Source: an uncultured Methanosarcinales archaeon
Lineage (GTDB): Archaea; Nanobdellota; Nanobdellia; Woesearchaeales; CAZKBD01
Assembly (NCBI GenBank): GCA_964550945.1
Contig: CAZKBD010000004.1
Coordinates: forward strand, 1-47,973
Length of the DNA: 47,973 nt
Direction: 5' to 3'
In this document: one piece after another, positions 15,395-22,969 of the stretch
How the letters are laid out: each line of letters starts with the position of its first letter
How positions within the stretch are numbered: position 1 is the first letter of the stretch
Notes under the pieces: model-generated
The model's database searches: none
Told to the model about the DNA's origin: nothing
Seen by the model: the letters and a program-made list of their open reading frames with translations, nothing else
Position numbers and translations under genes: made by a program

Positions 15395-18265
15395 TCATCC
15401 TGCACAAATTGCTATAACGTGATTAGTTCGGTGGTAGACATCTGAATTGCTACCACATCCAGCCTCATTAGCCGATTTTGTACAAGAACAATACCATTTA
15501 TCATTATTATCCTGCGCGGGAAGGTATACGGGGGTAGACCATAGAATAGCATTATTTTGTACCCCACTATTCTGACAACAAAAACATCCGCCCCCTATAA
15601 TCGTTTTGCCTGACTGACACATTGCATAACTAGCCACACCATCCAAGCCCATATCCACATCCACCTTTGAATATGATGGCCATGACGTTCTTTTAACACT
15701 CCCTAAGGTTAAACTTGCTGTTTCTATATTTGAGCTTACGGTTACATCTCCAACAAAATAACCTGCCCAGTTGGTTGTACCTCCCTCAGCCTTGCCATAC
15801 ACCCCATAATTTGTTCCACTGCCTCTAGCTTCTCCATAAACACCATAACCTTCTCCGCTAGTTCCTGCAATATCTCCTACAAGTCCCTTAATACCATAAT
15901 TCTTTCCAGCATAATCATTAGTCGTTCCATACACCCCATAATTATCTTGACCTCCTAATCCTGCTGCGTAAATACCTATGCTATCTTGATTAGTCTCTGA
16001 TTTATCTGATCTAACATACAATGCCCAATTTGGTCCCGCTCCTGTATTTTCAGAAGTTATAGAAACACCTTTATTTAATCCTGCTTTATTTGAAGATTCT
16101 ACAACTTCGAGTTTAGCAGAGGGTGTTGCTGTCCCAATCCCTACATTGCCGCCAGGGGTTACTGTCATCTTTATAGTGTTGTTTGTTGTTATACCTAGAT
16201 TGTGATTGGTTTGTGTCCCAATTAAGCCGGATGAGAACCCTGAAGATGTGACCAGATCAAGTTCTATATCGTTTGCGCTATCTCTGACAGCAATTCCCGA
16301 ATTACCAGTAGTAGTAACAATCATGTTAGGGTTTGTAGCGCCGGAGGAGTCGCCACCATTGCCAACATGAAGCTGCTCTCGTGGATTCCCTGTTCCAATC
16401 CCTACATTTCCATTATTGTAGTATATTGCTGTTCCGTTTTCAACCCATAAATCAGGACCGCCGCTTACAGCAGCTGTTGTTTGTACTGTATTGTCAGGAA
16501 ATCTTATTCCTGTGTTCGAGATGACAACACCAATACCTCCTCTTGCGGTATTTGTATTTGAACAGTCTCCATCATAGTTACCAGCACAAATACGTCCATA
16601 AGAATATATACTTGTGTCAGCAGCAATACTTGTCGCGCCAATTGCGTAAGCAGCATTGTTCGAATTTCCAGTAACAGTATAAGAACCGCCTTGCACATAT
16701 AGTTTAGCACTTGGTGAAGTTGCTCCAATGCTTACGTTGCCGTTAATCACAGTTAACCCACCATACATCGTATCTCCAGTTACTCTCACAAAAGAGCCTT
16801 CTGAACCATAATAGTATTGCCATCCAGCAATTTCCCCTATTCTTGTATCATTTGAATATGCAGGAGTGCCACTTAATGCGATTTTAAATTCGCAGATGCC
16901 GTTTCCTAGATTGTCTCTGACCATAATTGTATTCTGGTCATTAGTTGTGGTTTCATAAACCACGCTCCATATAACATCTTTTTGGTCATTATTGCAGTCA
17001 CTATCCCACCCATTGCTTGAATTTGAGTCATAATATTTCCAAATCTTAACCCCAGCTACTCTGCGGCCATAGGGAAACCCTATAGCAAGCCCTGTCCAGT
17101 AATGCTTCATTCCGTTAAAATTGATGTTAATCGCTACCGGTAGATCGGCATCGTCCCAGTTTGCATCAGAGTCTCCATCTCCATCAAACATATTTGCTAC
17201 AGAACCCCCTCTAAGAGCTTTATCTGGAGTAACTGTATATTTTTGGTCTGCCCTGATAAGCTTGTCATAAACTGTGCCAAGTATGTTCTCTCCTTGGTAG
17301 TAAAGTGTATCTCCTAGGAGAGTAGCGCCTTTGATAAGGTTATTATTAATCTGCAAATTTCCCTCAACATCCAATTTCTCGCTAGGGCTTGTTGTTCCTA
17401 TTCCTACATTGCCTCCCTTGGCTATCTTCATTAATGTAGTGTTTGTTCTTGTTTCGTTAAAGATGAAATGGTCAAATGCTAACAGTCTTGTACCCCAATC
17501 TCCAGCTTGCCCTCCTGTTGCCATTCCATACACTCCATTAGGATCGTTGTTTAGGTAGATAAAACCACTTAATATAGTCCCATTTACATCTAGTTTTGCT
17601 CCTGGCGTTGTTGTCCCAATACCAACATTTCCTTCAATTAACATTCCGTTAGTTGGTGCAGGGGAATTAGCTTGGCCATAAGATTTCCCAACAACCATAT
17701 TTCCTCTTACTTCTAGAGTGTTTTCTGTAGATCCAGCGGTGTTCCATAAATTGTCTCCGATAGTTGTGTAGTTAGAATCAATATTTGTTACCCAACTAGT
17801 TCCATCAGTTCTTTTAGGACTCAACCAAAATCCCGCATTTCCTGTATTGACAATTTTTGACACTACCTTTGTGCCAACAGCACTACTAAGCACAATACTG
17901 TCTCTAACATCTAATGTTGCATTAGGGGTTGTTGTTCCAATCCCTACATTTGCCTCCATTATTGAGATGTTTTGCCCTGCTGCTGTTGGAAAGATCTGCC
18001 AAGTAAATAATTCTGGGTGTGTCGGATCCTGACCTTGAACCGGCAACCTTAACAAACCAATCTTCTCTTCTCCGTTAGCTAATGATTTATCATCAATAAC
18101 AGTAACTTTGCCAAATCCTCCATTATTATTCTCATCATTATTCAGGTTTATAGAGCTCACGCTAGCTTCATTAGCCTGCGCTGTTGTCAAAGGAAGGATT
18201 ATGAGCTGCATTAACACCAGGCTCAATAATATTTTGTTAATTTTTCCTTGTTTTTGGGTTTTCAT
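15395..18265 (-). CDS. Secreted tail-fibre-like repeat protein (putative adhesin)
   Basis: Signal peptide ILLSLVLMQLIILPLTTAQA. Six copies of GNVGIGT(T)xPxxKLxV at aa 105, 212, 285, 509, 619 and 706. A central FDGDGDSDANW...IGEIAGW galactose-binding/discoidin-like segment, (N)YGVYG repeats, and a Cys-rich C-terminal module. Confidence 0.65.
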   Translation of the reverse strand: MKTQKQGKINKILLSLVLMQLIILPLTTAQANEASVSSINLNNDENNNGGFGKVTVIDDKSLANGEEKIGLLRLPVQGQDPTHPELFTWQIFPTAAGQNISIMEANVGIGTTTPNATLDVRDSIVLSSAVGTKVVSKIVNTGNAGFWLSPKRTDGTSWVTNIDSNYTTIGDNLWNTAGSTENTLEVRGNMVVGKSYGQANSPAPTNGMLIEGNVGIGTTTPGAKLDVNGTILSGFIYLNNDPNGVYGMATGGQAGDWGTRLLAFDHFIFNETRTNTTLMKIAKGGNVGIGTTSPSEKLDVEGNLQINNNLIKGATLLGDTLYYQGENILGTVYDKLIRADQKYTVTPDKALRGGSVANMFDGDGDSDANWDDADLPVAININFNGMKHYWTGLAIGFPYGRRVAGVKIWKYYDSNSSNGWDSDCNNDQKDVIWSVVYETTTNDQNTIMVRDNLGNGICEFKIALSGTPAYSNDTRIGEIAGWQYYYGSEGSFVRVTGDTMYGGLTVINGNVSIGATSPSAKLYVQGGSYTVTGNSNNAAYAIGATSIAADTSIYSYGRICAGNYDGDCSNTNTARGGIGVVISNTGIRFPDNTVQTTAAVSGGPDLWVENGTAIYYNNGNVGIGTGNPREQLHVGNGGDSSGATNPNMIVTTTGNSGIAVRDSANDIELDLVTSSGFSSGLIGTQTNHNLGITTNNTIKMTVTPGGNVGIGTATPSAKLEVVESSNKAGLNKGVSITSENTGAGPNWALYVRSDKSETNQDSIGIYAAGLGGQDNYGVYGTTNDYAGKNYGIKGLVGDIAGTSGEGYGVYGEARGSGTNYGVYGKAEGGTTNWAGYFVGDVTVSSNIETASLTLGSVKRTSWPSYSKVDVDMGLDGVASYAMCQSGKTIIGGGCFCCQNSGVQNNAILWSTPVYLPAQDNNDKWYCSCTKSANEAGCGSNSDVYHRTNHVIAICAG

Positions 18266-18345
18266 TTTTTCATCACCTTTTTTGAATTATTATTTGTTCT
18301 AATTTTTTGGACAAATGTTCTAATCTTTTGAACAGCTTAATCCGT

Positions 18346-20265
18346 TTAATTCCTCGTGCAGCATAGCTTATATTCAAATTCAGGAATCTCTCCTGTTCCT
18401 AGTACATCGCATGGGGTTATATGGCCTTCTTCCAGGCCGGATAATGTAAGTATGCATTCGTTTGTTTTATCTCCAGGACATACCAACCAGTTGAGGTGGC
18501 AGTTGCTTAATGGCGCATCGTTGCTAAGGTAAGCTTTGTAATTAAAAGTTGAAACATCTCCTATATGCTGATCATTGAATGGTGATTGCCCTGAAATCGA
18601 AAATCCAAACAGCTCATTGCTGCTGCTCGTCGAGATAGTGAAATCGCTTGCACTGAAAATGCAGCACATCTTTGCAGGAGAGAAATAAGAGAACGTTGCA
18701 AAATGCGCGTCATTTAGTCCGCTAAGCGAGAATATTTCATTAGCGCCTGCTGTGCAGCCACCAGCTTCAATAATGCAAATTGGCCTGAGGATTATTTCGA
18801 ATGTGGCTACATTTGTGTGGGTTATGCTGTTTGGAGGAGATGTCCCATCTTCTGCATAGATGTCTATGTAGTAAATTCCTGACGGGTTATTTAAAGAAGA
18901 GGTCCATGTTGTTGTCCAGCTAGTGTAATTGTATGCTGCGCTTGTTGGTGTTAAGGGTAATGTTATTATTCTATCTGTTTCATTCCTTATGGTTGCATTA
19001 ACTATGTTAACGCCAGATGGGTCGCTTAAGGTTGCGCTGATTGTGAAATCCATTCCCTGGTAGCCTTTTGGGGGGGTAACCCCTGCTCCTTGTATTTTTG
19101 GAGGCCATGTGTCTGGAACGTCTTTTGCCCTTATCTGCGCTGTCAATCGCAGCCAAGCGCTAATCGCGTCTTGCTGCCGCAGTGGTCGGGTTTTCCTGGT
19201 GATTAAGAACTCTGAAAGCCCTTTTGCAGCGCATTTGATGTATTCTTCTCCTGTAGAGTATTGATTCACTGAAAGGCATATATCTGAATAGAAATTTGCA
19301 TAATCTATATCGAGGTAATCGTATTTGGCTCCCCCAGAATATTTTTCTTCTTCCAAAACAGCAAATATCCTTTTTTGGCCGCTCTGCAAAATGAATAGCT
19401 TATTGAAATAAGATGTGTTCTCGATTAATGGCTGCGCGTCATTTATCCACGGTTCTGCAAAGGGTTCCAATCCAGCTAAATCTAGAATTGGCTGCAATAA
19501 AGATTGGATAAATTGATGATAAAATTGTGTTTGTGCTACCAGGGCTATCCTTCCCTTGGAGAAGATAACTGATTGAATAGAAGGATTATACCATGCGTAT
19601 CCTGCTTGGGGACCAATGCCGCAAGGAGCGAAGTTACTGCCCACAACATTATCGCAGTATGTTGCCTCTCTTTCTATGCTCACGAGCAAGTTGCTTAAGC
19701 TTGAGTCATAATCCTCTTTTAAAGACGCGCCAATTATCACTGTCTCTATTTCATCAGGATAGTATGTTAAGACGCAAAATTTCTTAGCAGCATCTCCCAA
19801 ACTGTATGGGGGTTGAATATCATAAACCTTATAATTTATTGATGCATCATAATTATCGCAGAATAAGGTATAATTTTCTGAGCTGCCTGCTGTTGAGTCA
19901 AGCAGCTTTAATGCCGTAAGCTTTGTCCTCGTTGTCCAATTTCCATTATCACAGTAATTGTCATCAATAAATGTTTTGTCAGGAACGCAAGAACTTCCAT
20001 TCCAGCAGTCTGCATTATTAGTGCAATCCCCGCTATTGTAAAGATCCCATTTGTATTTTGTGGCAAATAAAGTTATCTTCTCTTCTTTGTTGTTTAATAA
20101 TTGGTTGGTTATGGGAGTTATTTTATTGAAATTATGGATTGTTGTATCCTCATTATTAATAATCAAAGTATTGATATTATCGTCTGCTGCATTGACGGGA
20201 AGAGCTATCAAATTAATCAAGACAGTTAATAATGCAAAATCCTTGATTATTTCATTTATTTTCAT
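18346..20265 (-). CDS. Secreted protein of unknown function with duplicated C-terminal Cys module
   Basis: Leader FALLTVLINLIALPVNA. No motif that I recognise. Two C-terminal modules each contain ...LSGL..(A/G)H... and end in K(M/L)CC. Confidence 0.55.
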   Translation of the reverse strand: MKINEIIKDFALLTVLINLIALPVNAADDNINTLIINNEDTTIHNFNKITPITNQLLNNKEEKITLFATKYKWDLYNSGDCTNNADCWNGSSCVPDKTFIDDNYCDNGNWTTRTKLTALKLLDSTAGSSENYTLFCDNYDASINYKVYDIQPPYSLGDAAKKFCVLTYYPDEIETVIIGASLKEDYDSSLSNLLVSIEREATYCDNVVGSNFAPCGIGPQAGYAWYNPSIQSVIFSKGRIALVAQTQFYHQFIQSLLQPILDLAGLEPFAEPWINDAQPLIENTSYFNKLFILQSGQKRIFAVLEEEKYSGGAKYDYLDIDYANFYSDICLSVNQYSTGEEYIKCAAKGLSEFLITRKTRPLRQQDAISAWLRLTAQIRAKDVPDTWPPKIQGAGVTPPKGYQGMDFTISATLSDPSGVNIVNATIRNETDRIITLPLTPTSAAYNYTSWTTTWTSSLNNPSGIYYIDIYAEDGTSPPNSITHTNVATFEIILRPICIIEAGGCTAGANEIFSLSGLNDAHFATFSYFSPAKMCCIFSASDFTISTSSSNELFGFSISGQSPFNDQHIGDVSTFNYKAYLSNDAPLSNCHLNWLVCPGDKTNECILTLSGLEEGHITPCDVLGTGEIPEFEYKLCCTRN

Positions 20266-20396
20266 TTCTTCTCCCTTCTTAGCTTTTCCTCAATAGCTTC
20301 CTGGATAAATACGATGAGAGTTTTATTAGAAAGAAGCGCGCTAAGCTTTGCTTTTTTGTGCAGCTCAGGATCAATCTCGATGTTTATTCTGGGCAT
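20262..20396 (-). CDS. 44-aa ribbon-helix-helix (CopG/Arc-type) DNA-binding protein, not in the ORF track
   Basis: MPRINIEIDPELHKKAKLSALLSNKTLIVFIQEAIEEKLRREKK fits a beta-strand, helix, helix layout. Its TGA overlaps the ATG of the 639-aa ORF (ATGA at 20262-20265). Confidence 0.6.
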   Translation of the reverse strand: MPRINIEIDPELHKKAKLSALLSNKTLIVFIQEAIEEKLRREKK

Positions 20397-20410
20397 GTTA
20401 ATAAGTTAGT

Positions 20411-20422
20411 TAAGTTAACTTA
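20411..20422. promoter_or_regulatory. Perfect 12-bp palindrome TAAGTTAACTTA (candidate RHH operator)
   Basis: It lies between a TATA-like TTATATTA (complement of 20437-20444) and the RHH start at 20396. It is embedded in AGTTAG/AAGTTA/ACTTAG tandem half-sites. Confidence 0.4.
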
Positions 20423-20518
20423 GTTTAGTTGATACATAATATAAAATATGTGTATTAATGTAACTAACTTATCAGTTCTGTATATAAATATTGTGGTTTA
20501 TGGATTACTTAAGAGTAT

Positions 20519-20540
20519 TGATACATATTTTAGCTTATTA
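20519..20540. repeat. 22-nt direct repeat TGATACATATTTTAGCTTATTA (copy 1)
   Basis: Matches 20621-20642 at 20 of 22 positions. A third partial copy TGATACATA lies at 20430-20438. Confidence 0.6.
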
Positions 20541-20620
20541 GATGTGTTTAAGATAATGCCATATTAATACATACTAAAGAAGAGTTTATGCACTTAATGC
20601 TATTAAGTACTACACCTTAC

Positions 20621-20642
20621 TGATACATATTTTGCCTTATTA
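20621..20642. repeat. 22-nt direct repeat TGATACATATTTTGCCTTATTA (copy 2)
   Basis: See copy 1. The two starts are 102 nt apart. Confidence 0.6.
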
Positions 20643-20653
20643 AATAATCTTTA

Positions 20654-21475
20654 TTAGAATTCTGCTAATTTTTCTTTAATCCTTCTAAAAGATATCAGCG
20701 GCCTCAAAACAGGTGTTTTTATTGGAAGCTCCTTTAAATTGTTTAATGTCTGGTTAACGACCAGCGCTTTTGCGTTTTTCTGTTTTGCGATTTTGTCAAC
20801 TTCTTTGACGGTTTTGATCTTTATCAAATCTAATTTTCCATAAGAATATTTCTCTAACAACGTAATGTCTTTCTTAGAGTAACAAACAGGAATTATTGAG
20901 CATCCTCTTTTCATCATGAGCAAAGAAGCTAAAATTGACTTAGAATCTTCTATCAGCGCAATAACTTTTCCTTCTACTCCGACAGGCAAGCCGCCCAGCC
21001 CATTTATCCTTTCTGTGTAAACATAAGCGTCGTCTAATATCTCGACAAAAATCTCAAGATTAGGATTTGTAAGATCCACTTTTGCTTTTGTTTTTTTAAC
21101 CACTGCGCTGCCCAAATACCGGTTTAGCTCTAACGAGCTAAAACTAAATTCCTTATTCCCACGTATAGAATTAATTTTAAATGATTTGTTATGATTTAAG
21201 TGATTTGCTGCTTTCAATACGTTTTTTTCAATCTCATTTAGATCTCGGTCGGTTTTTACCGCATTACAGATGTAAGATATTCCAAAAACGTTTTTAAGGC
21301 ATTCGCACTTGTTTCCTTCGATTATCAGTCTTGAATAGCTTTTTCTTATTTGTTTATATTCTATACTATTCCTTTTTAAACAATCTTTTGCATTCCTGAT
21401 TAACGCCGCTTCAAAATAATTCCGATTCTTTCCTTTCAGTATCATCTCACTGTATTTCACTATATAAAAATTCAT
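20654..21475 (-). CDS. ThiI-like THUMP-domain protein with degenerate PP-loop
   Basis: N-terminus YSEMILKGKNRNYFE matches ThiI (YGEI.LKGKNR..F). The THUMP region is followed by GKVIALIEDSKSILASLLMMKRG where ThiI has SGGIDS. At 273 aa it lacks most of the adenylation domain. Confidence 0.6.
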   Translation of the reverse strand: MNFYIVKYSEMILKGKNRNYFEAALIRNAKDCLKRNSIEYKQIRKSYSRLIIEGNKCECLKNVFGISYICNAVKTDRDLNEIEKNVLKAANHLNHNKSFKINSIRGNKEFSFSSLELNRYLGSAVVKKTKAKVDLTNPNLEIFVEILDDAYVYTERINGLGGLPVGVEGKVIALIEDSKSILASLLMMKRGCSIIPVCYSKKDITLLEKYSYGKLDLIKIKTVKEVDKIAKQKNAKALVVNQTLNNLKELPIKTPVLRPLISFRRIKEKLAEF

Positions 21476-21485
21476 GGTTTAGCTG

Positions 21486-21506
21486 CCCCCTCAATTTCAT
21501 GTGGAA
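21486..21506 (-). promoter_or_regulatory. Origin recognition box ORB-1
   Basis: The minus strand reads TTCCACATGAAATTGAGGGGG (TTCCA..GAAA..G-string). Confidence 0.6.
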
Positions 21507-21660
21507 CTCGAGTATAATTGTTTTAATGTATTTACTGTTTATACTATATTATATTTAATATTATCGTATTTTTATCGTTTTATTTGTTTTCAATATAGAA
21601 AATAAAGATATATAGATATATATATAAAAAGAATATATTCATTCTTTTTAATATAAGCTT
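21507..21660. other. AT-rich duplex unwinding element of the oriC candidate
   Basis: Almost pure A/T, with ATATAGATATATATATA, TTATCGT direct repeats, and the dyad AAAAAGAAT (21626-21634) / ATTCTTTTT (21641-21649). Confidence 0.55.
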
Positions 21661-21680
21661 TTCCACACGAAACCGGGGGG
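21661..21680 (+). promoter_or_regulatory. Origin recognition box ORB-2
   Basis: TTCCACACGAAACCGGGGGG, inverted relative to ORB-1 across the AT-rich core. Confidence 0.6.
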
Positions 21681-21705
21681 TCTTAGCTAGTATACCACCA
21701 CAATC

Positions 21706-21713
21706 TTTAAAAA
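21706..21713 (+). promoter_or_regulatory. TATA box (TTTAAAAA) for orc1/cdc6
   Basis: It ends 24 nt before the ATG at 21737. Confidence 0.45.
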
Positions 21714-21736
21714 CCTCTGCTTCATATGGAAAAGTT

Positions 21737-22939
21737 ATGGCACAAAAGGGGTTGACAACTTTTTTCGAAAGCTTTCTTCAGAAAAAATCCTTATTTTTGG
21801 ATAAGAGGGCATTACAGAACAGCTTTATGCCTGAAACAATCAAACATAGGGATAAAGAAGTAGAACAAATAGCAAACATCCTTGCTCCAAGCCTAAAATT
21901 AGAAAAGCCCTCCAACCTGTTCATCTATGGAAAGACCGGCTCAGGAAAAACACTGAGCATAAAGTACGTTTCAAAACAGATTACTGAAATCGCCAAACAA
22001 AACAACGTCAATCTGAGCTCCATCTACATTAACTGCAAGCTAAAGAGGGTGGCAGATACAGAATACCGGTTGATGGCCCAGCTAATCAGGGAATTTGGCA
22101 AAGAAATCCCCAGCACAGGGCTTCCAACAGACGAGGTTTACAAAATTTTCTTCAGCACAATAGACAAGGAAAAAAGGATGTTGATCTTAGTTTTAGACGA
22201 GATAGACCAATTAGTTAAAAAAACCGGCGACGATATTCTTTACAATCTGACAAGAATAAACGAAGAGCTGAAAAACTCCCAGATATCATTGATAGGCATT
22301 TCAAATGACTTGATGTTTGTTGACCACCTGGATCCAAGGGTGAAAAGCAGCCTGTCTGAAGAAGAGCTGGTGTTCCCGCCATACAACGCGCTGCAGATTC
22401 AAGACATCCTGAAGCAGAGGTCCAAGCTTGCTTTCAGGGAGGAGGTAATTGAATTAGGGGTAATTGAAAAATGCGCAGCATACAGCGCAAGAGAGCACGG
22501 AGATGCCAGAAGAGCCCTAGAGCTGTTGAGGGTAGCAGGAGAATTAGCAGAAAGAAATAACGAATTAAAAATAAAGATAACCCATTTAGACCAGGCAGAA
22601 GAGAAGATTGAAAAAGACCGCATCTTTGATATAATCTCAAGCCAGCCAAAACAACATCAGGCAATACTCTACTCTATCCTGTCAGTGAACTCAAAAAAGC
22701 TGTTTACAGGAGAGGTTTACGAGTTTTACAAGAATATGTGCAGCCAAACCGACCTGAGGCCGCTAACACAGAGGAGGGTATCAGACATAATAGCCGAATT
22801 AGACATGTTGGGGATAATCAACGTCAGAGTGATATCCAAAGGCCGCCATGGAAGAACAAGGGAGATATCTTTGGCAACGCCCTTATCAAGTTTGCCAAAA
22901 ATCAGGAAAACATTAGCAGAAGGATTAGACCTACCTTAG
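21737..22939 (+). CDS. orc1: Orc1/Cdc6 replication initiator
   Basis: Walker A LFIYGKTGSGKT, Walker B LVLDEIDQL, sensor/ISM region, and a C-terminal winged helix ...RVSDIIAELDMLGIINVRVISKGRHGRTREI. Confidence 0.92.
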   Translation: MAQKGLTTFFESFLQKKSLFLDKRALQNSFMPETIKHRDKEVEQIANILAPSLKLEKPSNLFIYGKTGSGKTLSIKYVSKQITEIAKQNNVNLSSIYINCKLKRVADTEYRLMAQLIREFGKEIPSTGLPTDEVYKIFFSTIDKEKRMLILVLDEIDQLVKKTGDDILYNLTRINEELKNSQISLIGISNDLMFVDHLDPRVKSSLSEEELVFPPYNALQIQDILKQRSKLAFREEVIELGVIEKCAAYSAREHGDARRALELLRVAGELAERNNELKIKITHLDQAEEKIEKDRIFDIISSQPKQHQAILYSILSVNSKKLFTGEVYEFYKNMCSQTDLRPLTQRRVSDIIAELDMLGIINVRVISKGRHGRTREISLATPLSSLPKIRKTLAEGLDLP

Positions 22940-22969
22940 CCTAACTAAGATTGATCCTTCCTACCTAAG

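Noticed and set aside
15395-15397. Possibility that TGA is globally recoded as a sense codon in this organism.
   Set aside because: TGA ends rnz (39434-39436) and the 827-aa ORF (9172-9174) at the expected protein lengths. All conserved genes are intact under the standard code. Only local readthrough or a truncation remains plausible.
20430-20642. CRISPR-like array suggested by the repeated TGATACATA... units.
   Set aside because: There are only two good copies plus a partial one. Spacing is irregular (89 and 102 nt), the repeats are AT-rich and non-palindromic, and no cas genes are nearby.
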